A DNA stretch of 64,000 bases from a virus: positions 32,001 to 96,000 of IMG/VR virus record IMGVR_UViG_3300045988_142974; one strand, written 5' to 3'. Shown in pieces: positions 43,687-52,314 of the stretch; the first letter of the stretch is position 1; each line of letters begins with the position of its first letter. Made by a program: the position numbers and the translations under genes. A model generated the notes under the pieces. That model was given only the letters and a program-made list of their open reading frames with translations, did no database searches and was not told the origin of the DNA.

Positions 43687-44079
43687 ATGGGAAATTTAGA
43701 ATTAGAAAAAAAGAAAAATGAAATTATAAACGCAGCAATGGAATTGCTTTGTAACATTACTTATGAGTATGACGTAGCAATGGATTGTTACAACGAGTTC
43801 CCAATTGGAGTGGGATTTATTCCTAAAAATGTAGATGTGGATATTCCGTTGGATGTCTTTAAACGATATTCCACAGAAAAAGATATTGAAGGAATTCAAA
43901 TGGTGAAGCTTGAAAAAGACTTTGCTATTGATAAACGTGAAGAGTATTACGATATGCTTGGGGAGATTCAAGTCATTACATCGTGGGTACAAGAACTCAC
44001 GAAAATAGAGACGGAAAAAGAAATTGAAAACGTAGCAAAAGAATTATGTAAAATATGCTACGAAATCAAAAACGCGTAG
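43687..44079 (+). CDS. hypothetical protein
   Basis: AAAGGAG 10 nt upstream. 130 aa, acidic. Confidence 0.7.
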   Translation: MGNLELEKKKNEIINAAMELLCNITYEYDVAMDCYNEFPIGVGFIPKNVDVDIPLDVFKRYSTEKDIEGIQMVKLEKDFAIDKREEYYDMLGEIQVITSWVQELTKIETEKEIENVAKELCKICYEIKNA

Positions 44080-44095
44080 AAAGGAGGTATGAATA

Positions 44096-44914
44096 ATGAA
44101 ATTTAATTTTGATACAATTTTAGTCCACGGAGGGACGTTTCATGCAGACGATGTAATGAGCGTTGCCCTGTGTGAGATTCTTAACCCTTGTATTAAGGTA
44201 AAAAGGGAGTTCTGTGTATCAGATAAACTCCCGGAAACTACCTTAATTGCGGACATAGGAGGTGGAAAATACGATCATCACCAGGTAGACGCAAAAATAA
44301 GAGAAGACGGACTCAAAAGAGCTGCCTGTGGGTTGATATTTGAAGACTACGGACACCTTCTTTTTTCAAAGAACGGATATGAAATCTTTGAGAAGAATTA
44401 TATAATTCCAATCGAAGATATAGATAATGGAGTAGGTGAAGGAAATCCACTGTCTTCTTTTATATCAAGTTTAAATCCGTTCTGGGATTCTGCTGACCCA
44501 GAAACGGAAACAAAAGAAGGTTTTAGGAAAGCAGTAGATTTTTGTAAAGAAATTATTTCCCGAAATATAGCTAGAGACTTAGCTATGGGCAAGGCAAAAA
44601 CAGAAGTTGAAGAAGCCTTAAAAGGAGTGACCGATAATGGTCTTATAATCCTTAAAAAATACATTCCACCCATTATGTTTGTGGGCACAGAAGCAAAACT
44701 TTTGGTAATGCCATCAAACAGGGGCGGTTGGAATATCCTTACTATAAAAGTAGATAAGGATAGTTCCAAAGACATCATATGTTTGCCTGAAGAATGGTTA
44801 GAAAATAAACCAGAAGGTTGTACTTTTGTACATACTGCACGGTTTATTGCGGCTTTTAACACAAAAGGAGCTGCAATCACAGCAGCAAAAACTGTTTTAA
44901 ACCAAACACAGTAG
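44096..44914 (+). CDS. MYG1/UPF0160-family (DHH-superfamily) metal-dependent phosphoesterase/exonuclease
   Basis: ILVHGGTFHADDVMSVAL and DIGGGKYDHHQ reproduce the two N-terminal MYG1 signature blocks. 272 aa. AAGGAGG lies upstream. Confidence 0.75.
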   Translation: MKFNFDTILVHGGTFHADDVMSVALCEILNPCIKVKREFCVSDKLPETTLIADIGGGKYDHHQVDAKIREDGLKRAACGLIFEDYGHLLFSKNGYEIFEKNYIIPIEDIDNGVGEGNPLSSFISSLNPFWDSADPETETKEGFRKAVDFCKEIISRNIARDLAMGKAKTEVEEALKGVTDNGLIILKKYIPPIMFVGTEAKLLVMPSNRGGWNILTIKVDKDSSKDIICLPEEWLENKPEGCTFVHTARFIAAFNTKGAAITAAKTVLNQTQ

Positions 44915-44942
44915 CACCCAATGCAAAGGGTGCTATTTTTAT
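44913..44942 (+). terminator. intrinsic terminator
   Basis: AGCACCC-aatgcaaa-GGGTGCT followed by ATTTTTAT. Confidence 0.75.
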
Positions 44943-44978
44943 ACCCAAAAACAATATTAAAAGAAAGGAAATACAACT

Positions 44979-45170
44979 ATGAAAAAGAAAATGGCATATA
45001 CAGCCATCGCAGTCGTAGCAATCGCTACGGCTTTTTTAATAGGTAAAAATATACCTAATAAATACGATTATCTGAACTTGAATCAGGTAACAGAAACGGA
45101 AATCAACAGTGATACTGTAACAATCTACACGTCAACAGGTGATTGCTATGATTTCACAATAACAAAATAA
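44979..45170 (+). CDS. small membrane-anchored protein
   Basis: 63 aa with the N-terminal helix AYTAIAVVAIATAFLIG. GAAAGGAAA lies upstream. Confidence 0.6.
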   Translation: MKKKMAYTAIAVVAIATAFLIGKNIPNKYDYLNLNQVTETEINSDTVTIYTSTGDCYDFTITK

Positions 45171-45189
45171 AGAAGGGAGAATAAAAATT

Positions 45190-45363
45190 ATGTCAGAGAA
45201 ACACAAACAAATTCATACTGCCTATTGTAATTATCAGATTGCAAAGGCAAGCAAACCTTCACGGATTTACTCTGTAAAAGCAGAAATAAAAAGTAACAAA
45301 GGAATTAAGACAACAGGATTGTCAAAGGCAAGGCTGGCAAAGCAGTTGTCAATGCTGATTTAG
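45190..45363 (+). CDS. hypothetical small basic protein (57 aa, below the track cutoff)
   Basis: ATG 9 nt after GGGAGA. The leader AGAAGGGAGAATAAArATTATGTCA is duplicated at 45362. Confidence 0.5.
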   Translation: MSEKHKQIHTAYCNYQIAKASKPSRIYSVKAEIKSNKGIKTTGLSKARLAKQLSMLI

Positions 45364-45380
45364 AAGGGAGAATAAAGATT

Positions 45381-45536
45381 ATGTCAAGAGAAATGTACAA
45401 CTATAAACGAAAAGCAATACGAATCGCAAAAGATTTTCGTTATACAATGGAAATTATAGAAGCAATAGCCAATGCAAAAACGGAAAGCGAAATTACACGG
45501 ATTTTAAAAACAGCAAGATTGACACAGGAGGTATAA
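45381..45536 (+). CDS. hypothetical small protein (51 aa)
   Basis: Same duplicated SD/leader as the previous ORF. MSREMYNYKRKAIRIAKDF... Confidence 0.5.
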   Translation: MSREMYNYKRKAIRIAKDFRYTMEIIEAIANAKTESEITRILKTARLTQEV

Positions 45537-45542
45537 AGGGAA

Positions 45543-45764
45543 ATGGAGCAGTTTAATTTTAGAATTATAAAAGCAGGGAACGGAGCTGAAATAATAGATA
45601 ATACTCTATCAACTCCATACAACTCATTAACATCACTACAGATGATGGATTATATCAATGTAGAAAACAGCCTGTATTTTGCAGAAAGGCAAAAGAGATG
45701 GCAGAAGGCAACCGAGCCAACAATCGTTGATAGGGTAAAGAATTTTGTAAGGAGGATAATATAA
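45543..45764 (+). CDS. hypothetical small protein
   Basis: 73 aa. GGAGGT 11 nt upstream. Confidence 0.6.
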   Translation: MEQFNFRIIKAGNGAEIIDNTLSTPYNSLTSLQMMDYINVENSLYFAERQKRWQKATEPTIVDRVKNFVRRII

Positions 45765-45767
45765 TAT

Positions 45768-45887
45768 ATGAGGGGATATTATAACGGATTTGCCTATATG
45801 GGTTTCGTGCCAAGTATAGGTAAATATCAGCAGTTTGAAAGCGAAACTGCTTATAAAAATTATCTGATAGAAAGAGGTGAGATATAA
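45768..45887 (+). CDS. possible 39-aa ORF
   Basis: The ATG follows AAGGAGG at a long 12-nt spacing. The stop overlaps the next ATG (ATAATG). Confidence 0.3.
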   Translation: MRGYYNGFAYMGFVPSIGKYQQFESETAYKNYLIERGEI

Positions 45888-46045
45888 TGAAGTATATAAC
45901 ATATGAAGAACCGCTAAAAGGTAAAACATTCACAGAAAAACAGATGCATGAAGTCTATAGAGATATGACAGACAAAAAAGAATATCCAAACTTTGACTGT
46001 TGGAAAACGGACATGCTTAAATCTGGTGTATTTGAAGAAGCTTAG
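45887..46045 (+). CDS. hypothetical small protein (52 aa)
   Basis: MKYITYEEPLKGKTFTEKQMHEVYRDM... AGAGGTGAG 5 nt upstream. A terminator follows. Confidence 0.5.
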   Translation: MKYITYEEPLKGKTFTEKQMHEVYRDMTDKKEYPNFDCWKTDMLKSGVFEEA

Positions 46046-46051
46046 TAACGG

Positions 46052-46082
46052 AACGGCAAGCGAAAGCAAGCCGTTATTTTTA
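46052..46082 (+). terminator. intrinsic terminator
   Basis: AACGGC-aagcgaaagcaa-GCCGTT followed by ATTTTTAT. Confidence 0.75.
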
Positions 46083-46111
46083 TGCAAAAAATATTATAAG
46101 GAGGACACATT

Positions 46112-47038
46112 ATGTGTAAAAGAGTTTATTTAAAGGCAAAGGAAGCAGAAATGGAAATGCAGGAAGCACGGAATGCGGAAGGATTCACAGGAAAGAATGA
46201 GAAGCTTTTGATTGCAAATATGGTAAAGGCAGCTAAGAATAATTCACGGATTGGTGATAAGTTGCTTATGGTAGTTGATCCAAAACAGATTCATATACCG
46301 GAGTGGCAGAGAAGAATCAAGCTTGCAAGAGCTTATTCAATAGGTAATAACTATAACTCGTACAAGTGGGATGAACCGAAGGTATTACTTTGTAATGGAT
46401 TACTTCTTTGCATTGACGGACAGCATAGGATATATGGAGCATTTAAGGCAAAAAAGGAAGATGTAGTTGTCGAAGTAATGGAGTGTAGTTTGAAAGAAGC
46501 GATTGACTTATTCCTCAGTCAGTCAACAGATCGTGCGAAGATGCAGCCAATGGATATATACCATGCGGCACTTGCGGCAGGTAAGCCAGAATATACTGCT
46601 TTGCGTGATATTTGTCATAAGCATAATGTAGCAGTAAAAGGAGATGATGAGACAGAGAATACAGTTGGTATATTAACTTCAATTTCTGATGGAACTGGAT
46701 TTACAAAGACAAATCCTGAGCTTCTTGATGCAATGCTTACTTTGCTTGGTAAACTTGGTTGGAACGGATATGCAGATTCATATAACGGAAAAGCATATAC
46801 TGCAAAGATTATTCGTGCTTTAAAGGCATTATATGCTTACTGTGAAGGCAGAACAGATGAAATGGAGACGGCGCTGATTAAAAACTGCAAGGGAACTGAA
46901 TTCTTTGTAGAGAACATTATGGATAAGACACAGGCACAGATTTTTGATTATCTGTCTAAGATTGTCCGTTACGAAATGGAAAGTCCATTCAGAAATAACA
47001 AGACAACAAAGAAAACTGTGAAAGCGAAAGTGATGTAA
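46112..47038 (+). CDS. DGQHR-motif ParB/Srx-fold protein (DndB-like family)
   Basis: LLLCIDGQHRIYGAFKAKK carries the DGQHR signature, preceded by IHIPEWQRR. 308 aa. AAGGAGG 7 nt upstream. Confidence 0.75.
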   Translation: MCKRVYLKAKEAEMEMQEARNAEGFTGKNEKLLIANMVKAAKNNSRIGDKLLMVVDPKQIHIPEWQRRIKLARAYSIGNNYNSYKWDEPKVLLCNGLLLCIDGQHRIYGAFKAKKEDVVVEVMECSLKEAIDLFLSQSTDRAKMQPMDIYHAALAAGKPEYTALRDICHKHNVAVKGDDETENTVGILTSISDGTGFTKTNPELLDAMLTLLGKLGWNGYADSYNGKAYTAKIIRALKALYAYCEGRTDEMETALIKNCKGTEFFVENIMDKTQAQIFDYLSKIVRYEMESPFRNNKTTKKTVKAKVM

Positions 47039-47128
47039 CAGAGAATAATATATTGCAATCTAATACATATGCAAAGCTGAGATAACGGCTATACGGTCAC
47101 ATTATAATAAGGAAAGGATGGATAAATT

Positions 47129-47326
47129 ATGGCATACAGAAAAACAAAACAATTAAGAGAATTTGAGCCGATTTTATTACGGAATGGATTCTATTTTGCA
47201 CGGTGCAAGGGAAGTCATTTTATTTATATGAATCGAACTTCCCATAAAATTATCACTGTAAATAAGGACTTAAATAAGATGGTTCGAGAACGATTAATAA
47301 AAGAGAATAATTTGACGGAGGTATAA
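47129..47326 (+). CDS. hicA: HicA-like toxin (YcfA family mRNA interferase)
   Basis: 65 aa. LLRNGFYFARCKGSHFIYMN...ITV..DLNKMVRERLIKE follows the HicA pattern, including GSH. Confidence 0.65.
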   Translation: MAYRKTKQLREFEPILLRNGFYFARCKGSHFIYMNRTSHKIITVNKDLNKMVRERLIKENNLTEV

Positions 47327-47330
47327 GGTT

Positions 47331-47783
47331 ATGAAATGGACAGAGTTATTACGGAGTGGAGACTATGCTTTACTACAAAGTGAAAGCGATACACAGTATG
47401 CGGTTGTTAGTGGTTATGATCCAACGCAGCTAGAAGGTCAGCGGTGGTCACATGGAACGTATTTTACTTATTTCCAGAATAATCTTAAGAAGATGCAATA
47501 TCTTCAGTCTGCTTATGATTGTTTCATGGGAAAGGTAAATGCAGATTATATTCCACGTTGCAGATTAGAAGAACTGGCAACACTTTTTAAAGATGGCTTA
47601 ATCTCTGATGATAGAGATCAAGCTCTTGAATACTTTGATGAGTGTTGTGAGATGTCAGAGGAAGAGAAATCTTTCTTTGGCATTGAAGAAGATAGTCCGA
47701 TAGCAAATACTAAATTTGAGAATCCAATGTATAACAAGGGCTATGACGATGGGTTTTCTGATGGTGCGAACAGCATTGAATAA
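47331..47783 (+). CDS. hypothetical acidic protein immediately downstream of hicA (antitoxin position, not recognisably HicB)
   Basis: The ATG lies 4 nt after the hicA stop, with GGAGGT upstream. 150 aa. No HTH/RHH motif seen. Confidence 0.65.
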   Translation: MKWTELLRSGDYALLQSESDTQYAVVSGYDPTQLEGQRWSHGTYFTYFQNNLKKMQYLQSAYDCFMGKVNADYIPRCRLEELATLFKDGLISDDRDQALEYFDECCEMSEEEKSFFGIEEDSPIANTKFENPMYNKGYDDGFSDGANSIE

Positions 47784-47827
47784 GATTAATAAATGGATAT
47801 TTCTTTTGGAAAGGTAAGGTAGCGAAT

Positions 47828-48163
47828 ATGGAAATTAAAACATTAACAGCATTAGAAGAATTAGAAAGTTTAGGTTCAGCTCTTACAATGGAGGGACTTG
47901 CAGAAGATTCAATATCTGAATTTATTGATTGGGTAAAACAGTATACACCAATGAAAAGTGAAAAGGCATATATTATCAAAGGAAAAACAATGAATGATGT
48001 ATATATGTTGACTGGAAATAATAAATATCCAGATGATTGTACGATTGTTTCTATTAAGCTTGAAGATATGGAAAATAGTATGGCTGTAGTTATACCACGA
48101 TTCAATATTGGTGCAAGATGGTTTGATGACATTGTTATGAATAATGCAGCAAGAGAGAAGTAG
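47828..48163 (+). CDS. hypothetical protein
   Basis: 111 aa. AAGGTAAGG lies upstream. Confidence 0.65.
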   Translation: MEIKTLTALEELESLGSALTMEGLAEDSISEFIDWVKQYTPMKSEKAYIIKGKTMNDVYMLTGNNKYPDDCTIVSIKLEDMENSMAVVIPRFNIGARWFDDIVMNNAAREK

Positions 48164-48165
48164 AA

Positions 48166-48441
48166 ATGCGTGTTTCATTAGAAGAAAGGAAGACAAATAT
48201 GGAAAGATATGATATAGAAGAATTGGTGTTGGGACTTGCTGATATTGTGAGGGAAAATAGATATTTAAGGCAGGAGAATACCAGATTGAGGGAAGTTGAA
48301 AAAGAGTATCATCAATCTATTATAGACAGATGTAGAGAAAGTGAACAGGCAAGTTTAAATATGTTTAAAGCTGCATGTGTCGGAATCGCACAAGGTAAAA
48401 ATGATATGGAACTTGCAAGAGATTTGGTTAAACATTTATAG
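48166..48441 (+). CDS. hypothetical protein (alternative start 48199)
   Basis: The 91-aa ORF starts 2 nt after the upstream stop. The internal ATG at 48199 has a better SD (GAAAGGAAG). Confidence 0.55.
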   Translation: MRVSLEERKTNMERYDIEELVLGLADIVRENRYLRQENTRLREVEKEYHQSIIDRCRESEQASLNMFKAACVGIAQGKNDMELARDLVKHL

Positions 48442-48484
48442 CAGACTAAATTCGCATTTCGTTAGAAAATCGGAGGTAAAAGAA

Positions 48485-48703
48485 ATGAAAAGCAATTATG
48501 AAAAATATGCTGAAGTAAAACAGCAGGAATTATTGCATAAAGAAAGAAATTTGCAACAGGCAATTAGTTGTCTAAGAGATAAACAGAAGTTCGCATCATT
48601 ACAATCTATTGATGATGCAATAGATTTTGTTGCCGACTTATATGATTTATCCATTGATGAAGTGAAACGAGCAATGGATGGAGAAGAATATTGGTGTGTA
48701 TGA
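48485..48703 (+). CDS. hypothetical small protein
   Basis: ATG 8 nt after GGAGGT (the track ORF starts upstream at 48377). 72 aa. Confidence 0.6.
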   Translation: MKSNYEKYAEVKQQELLHKERNLQQAISCLRDKQKFASLQSIDDAIDFVADLYDLSIDEVKRAMDGEEYWCV

Positions 48704-48733
48704 GATTCACATTTACTTGGGGAAGGAATAATT

Positions 48734-48913
48734 ATGAAACATAAAAAGAAAAATGAAATAAAGTTAGGCAAAAACGAGGAATTTACAGAAGATGTATATC
48801 CAAACAACGGAAAATGCCCTGAGTGTGGTGGTATTTTGGTTACAAATTTTGGAGCAGGCATCAGTTGTACATTTTGTGTAGATTGTGACTATAACGACTA
48901 TGATTATGACTGA
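48734..48913 (+). CDS. zinc-ribbon small protein (59 aa, below the track cutoff)
   Basis: GGAAGGA lies upstream. CPECGG...CTFCVDC. Confidence 0.5.
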   Translation: MKHKKKNEIKLGKNEEFTEDVYPNNGKCPECGGILVTNFGAGISCTFCVDCDYNDYDYD

Positions 48914-48948
48914 TGAAACTAAGATTTCTTAGGAAAGTAGTGAGGAAA

Positions 48949-49185
48949 ATGATAACGGAAAATACACGGAAACAGTTAGCAGATTACAGAAAGCATGGTA
49001 AGAAGCTCAAATATCTTATCAATTATCTCATGGGGTTAATTGAGGACGAAGATGATTTCGAGGAGATAATTATAAGAGAAATGAAAGCTCTTGCATTCAA
49101 CGAGGATGAAATTATTGAATGTCTGGAATATGATTTCGGATTGGATATGAGTTGGCATCCAATGAGTGTAAATTATGGAAAGTAA
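48949..49185 (+). CDS. hypothetical small acidic protein
   Basis: ATG 4 nt after GTGAGGAA, in frame with track ORF 48913..49185. Confidence 0.55.
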   Translation: MITENTRKQLADYRKHGKKLKYLINYLMGLIEDEDDFEEIIIREMKALAFNEDEIIECLEYDFGLDMSWHPMSVNYGK

Positions 49186-49203
49186 ATAACAAGTAAACGC
49201 AAA

Positions 49204-49242
49204 GGCAGTTAGGAGAATAATCTACTAGCTGCCTATTTTATT
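49204..49242 (+). terminator. intrinsic terminator
   Basis: GGCAG..CTGCC hairpin followed by TATTTTATT. Confidence 0.6.
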
Positions 49243-49265
49243 ACAAGAAAGAGAGGAAATGAATT

Positions 49266-49952
49266 ATGGAATTACGGAATAATTGGTATAAAGCAGATAA
49301 GGGAAAACATTTTGTACTTACAGAAAAAGGCAAAGAAGAGTGTACAAGTTACAAGCATAAAACAGTTGGTAAACCTGTAGACGAATATGATTATGAAGCA
49401 GTTGAATGGTCAGTTGATAAAGGATATGTGATCGAAACTGATATTCCAGGATGGACAAAAGGACTTAAGGGATATGAAGTTGTGTATTACAACGGAGAAT
49501 ATAGATTATCAGCAGGTAATCCGCAAATCTTCCCAACACGCAAAGCAGCAGAAATTTATAAAAAGCATTATGAAGCATATGCATGGTTCAATAAAGATTT
49601 AGTGATTGAAGAAGTTGAATATGATGGTGTTCCATTAAACAAACCGAAAATGTACAAGGGAAAAGAAATTGTAGATAAAGAACATTACTTTGGACTTGAT
49701 GCACATGAAGTTGGTGAGTATTTCACAGAGGATATGATTGATTCCTTTATGGATTTATTACCACCAGCTTGTATGAGAAGTGATTGTTCACAGATTGGTG
49801 AACCATGTTCAAGTAGAATTGATGAAAATGGAAAGGGCAGAACAACATATTCTACATTCAAAAAGGTAGATGATGGAATTTGGGAATATTGTGGAGATTG
49901 TTTTAGAGGTGAAAATTATATGCATGGAAAAGATATTCCGTATGTGAGATAA
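49266..49952 (+). CDS. hypothetical protein
   Basis: 228 aa. GAGAGGAAA 6 nt upstream. Cys-rich C-terminus (CMRSDC..C..CGDC). Confidence 0.75.
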   Translation: MELRNNWYKADKGKHFVLTEKGKEECTSYKHKTVGKPVDEYDYEAVEWSVDKGYVIETDIPGWTKGLKGYEVVYYNGEYRLSAGNPQIFPTRKAAEIYKKHYEAYAWFNKDLVIEEVEYDGVPLNKPKMYKGKEIVDKEHYFGLDAHEVGEYFTEDMIDSFMDLLPPACMRSDCSQIGEPCSSRIDENGKGRTTYSTFKKVDDGIWEYCGDCFRGENYMHGKDIPYVR

Positions 49953-49965
49953 GGAGATGATACTA

Positions 49966-50235
49966 ATGTTAAATATCAAATGGGATAACGGAGTTACAGG
50001 ATATTTAAGCAAAAGCGAAAAAGAACTGTGTGAAAAGATTGATAGAGAAATCAGTGCTATCAATGCAGTAAGTAAAACGGAAATATCTGTAATAATCAGT
50101 ATTGAAGGTGGCAATCAATTCCACATAAAGAAAGATACTGGTTCACTGATTGGATATATGAACGCAGAACAGTGTTGGTATGCATTGAAGGGAATTATGA
50201 CAAGTTTGTTATACATGGAAAGGCAGGTTGATTAA
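49966..50235 (+). CDS. hypothetical protein
   Basis: ATG 9 nt after AAGGAG (the track start at 49957 abuts the SD). Confidence 0.6.
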   Translation: MLNIKWDNGVTGYLSKSEKELCEKIDREISAINAVSKTEISVIISIEGGNQFHIKKDTGSLIGYMNAEQCWYALKGIMTSLLYMERQVD

Positions 50236-50236
50236 T

Positions 50237-50821
50237 ATGATGCAGTACGAAATAAAAGAACCAAATGGGTTTGGAAGTACATGGATAAAAGTAATAGGTA
50301 AAAATGCAAAACAGGAAACAATGACAATAGAGATTGTACATTGTGAAAATCCAGGAGGTAAAAATTCATTACCTTATGCATGGTATAAAAATGGTTGGAC
50401 TGATAAAGTAATGGAAACCTATATTGGTTGCCATACTTATGTACATGATTCTGAAGGAGCTTGTTTTGGTATTTATAATCCAACAACAAAATTAAGTGAT
50501 GATGGAAAGCGAAGTGTAATCAACTTTGATTGGCTACTCGAAGATACAGAAGAAAATAGAACGAAAATCATTGAAGCTTGTATTGAATTGTTTGAAGCTG
50601 CTACAGGCAAGAGTGCAACTGAAAAGAAAATTGAACATGTAATGGAATTTGCAAAAGAAAAAGGCTTGGAAGTTGTATCTGAAATACCTAAAGGTTGGAG
50701 AAAAAATCCATTTATGACAGATCCTTGGGGAGCTGTAACCATTGATAATGAAAAACCATTTTTTGCTAATCATAAAAGAAATCCAGAATATAAAAGAATG
50801 TTATTGATGGAAGGAGTGTGA
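50237..50821 (+). CDS. hypothetical protein
   Basis: 194 aa. First ATG of track ORF 50228..50821. Confidence 0.7.
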   Translation: MMQYEIKEPNGFGSTWIKVIGKNAKQETMTIEIVHCENPGGKNSLPYAWYKNGWTDKVMETYIGCHTYVHDSEGACFGIYNPTTKLSDDGKRSVINFDWLLEDTEENRTKIIEACIELFEAATGKSATEKKIEHVMEFAKEKGLEVVSEIPKGWRKNPFMTDPWGAVTIDNEKPFFANHKRNPEYKRMLLMEGV

Positions 50822-50826
50822 TTGAT

Positions 50827-51234
50827 ATGAAATATGTTCCGAGAAATGAATATTTTGAATTGATTGGAAAACTTGGAGTAAAGAAAGTAGAGAGCGAATA
50901 TGAAATTGCAGATTTAGATTTATCTGCATATTCACTAAATGAAGATACAAAACGGATTGCAAATGTAAACTTCATGGAAGAGACAGAAGATAGAAATGGT
51001 AATTACATGTTAGGTGGACATTGGATGTCCGATTTAAGTTACCAGTTCGCAAAGAAATGCAAATTCGATTTAGTTCAGATAGACGGATATAGTTCTTATG
51101 CTTATTCAGATGAACAGATGGCAGTGTTTACATATACAGAGGGTGATATTTATCTTACATTGTTTACTGATAAAGTTAAATATGAAGCTGAAAAGGAAAG
51201 AACAATTAAATTTTATGATGAGGTAATGCTATGA
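50827..51234 (+). CDS. hypothetical protein
   Basis: ATG 10 nt after AAGGAG within the recurring AAGGAGTGTGATTGAT leader. Confidence 0.7.
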   Translation: MKYVPRNEYFELIGKLGVKKVESEYEIADLDLSAYSLNEDTKRIANVNFMEETEDRNGNYMLGGHWMSDLSYQFAKKCKFDLVQIDGYSSYAYSDEQMAVFTYTEGDIYLTLFTDKVKYEAEKERTIKFYDEVML

Positions 51235-51497
51235 GTCAACGCAAATTATACACAGCTCATTTAGCAGGTATTTCATATGACGGAAATAATAAATATGAGA
51301 TGGTGATTATCACAAAATGGAAAGATAAAACAGAGGATTCATCAGAAGAAGGACACAAGGCATATTATTTTACACCTGATAACAAGTATCTTGAATGTAT
51401 TAGGGATGAAAATTGGTGCAGACGGATTTATGAGGCATTTCCAGAAAATACGAAATTTAGGATTGAAAGGAAGGTTGAGTGCTATGTTGAAAATTGA
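51231..51497 (+). CDS. hypothetical protein
   Basis: 88 aa. The ATG overlaps the upstream stop (ATGA). Confidence 0.65.
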   Translation: MSQRKLYTAHLAGISYDGNNKYEMVIITKWKDKTEDSSEEGHKAYYFTPDNKYLECIRDENWCRRIYEAFPENTKFRIERKVECYVEN

Positions 51498-51675
51498 AAT
51501 TAAAACAGGTGGTGCAGCATTTTGCGATCCGTTTACAGGTAAGCCAAGCGAATTTGATGAGGCTATTGAATGCAAAAGACTTCTTGAAGATATTTGCAGA
51601 AAACTTGAAGATGGTGCAATAGGTGGAAACATTATTGACATAAACGGAAATAAAGTTGGACAATGGAGCAGATAG
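51484..51675 (+). CDS. hypothetical small protein
   Basis: The ATG at 51484 (MLKIEIKTGGAAF...) is in frame with track ORF 51391..51675. GGAAGG lies upstream. Confidence 0.5.
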   Translation: MLKIEIKTGGAAFCDPFTGKPSEFDEAIECKRLLEDICRKLEDGAIGGNIIDINGNKVGQWSR

Positions 51676-51687
51676 GAGTGTGATTAT

Positions 51688-51963
51688 ATGGCAAAACAAA
51701 TATATTATTTACACAGTTGTGATGTATGGAAATCTTATTCAAGTATGCAACTTTTATTTATTGGAACTTCTCAACGGAAATTAAAAATGAAAATCTCAAA
51801 AGAGATTGAAGAAGGCAATATGGAATATTGTGATAGTGAATTACCACAAAAAGAGCAGGCAAAAAGATTTAGAAAAGATTGGGAAACTGAGACAAGAGAT
51901 GTGATTAATTCAAGATTGGCATATGGAATTTTTGATTATACATATGACAATGAAGAAATGTAA
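51688..51963 (+). CDS. hypothetical protein
   Basis: AGGAGTGTGATTAT leader. 91 aa. Confidence 0.65.
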   Translation: MAKQIYYLHSCDVWKSYSSMQLLFIGTSQRKLKMKISKEIEEGNMEYCDSELPQKEQAKRFRKDWETETRDVINSRLAYGIFDYTYDNEEM

Positions 51964-52001
51964 CCACAGGAAATTGTAATTTCCAAAGGAGTGTGATTGA
52001 T

Positions 52002-52295
52002 GTGAAAATAATAAAATGCTATGAAGATTATGCAAAGTTACGAAAAAAGTTAAAGTCAAAACAATATGATTTAATGAATGATAGTATCGGTCAATACAAT
52101 ACAGATGGATACAGCGTAGATGTTACATTAAGAGATTATGATGGAAACTGGTGTATTGATTATGATGTGTACAAGCCAAATGGAAATCCAAACTATCTTG
52201 ACGGTGGCAAGGTATGTAATGTATCTAAAATGCCATTGACCGACAAAGGATTTTGGAAACTGATAAAAAAGAAATTTGAAAAGCATATAAAATAA
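52002..52295 (+). CDS. hypothetical protein (GTG start)
   Basis: The GTG sits at the same offset in the AAGGAGTGTGATTGAT leader as the ATG of 50827. Confidence 0.6.
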   Translation: MKIIKCYEDYAKLRKKLKSKQYDLMNDSIGQYNTDGYSVDVTLRDYDGNWCIDYDVYKPNGNPNYLDGGKVCNVSKMPLTDKGFWKLIKKKFEKHIK

Positions 52296-52314
52296 GAAAG
52301 GTTAGGTAAATATT

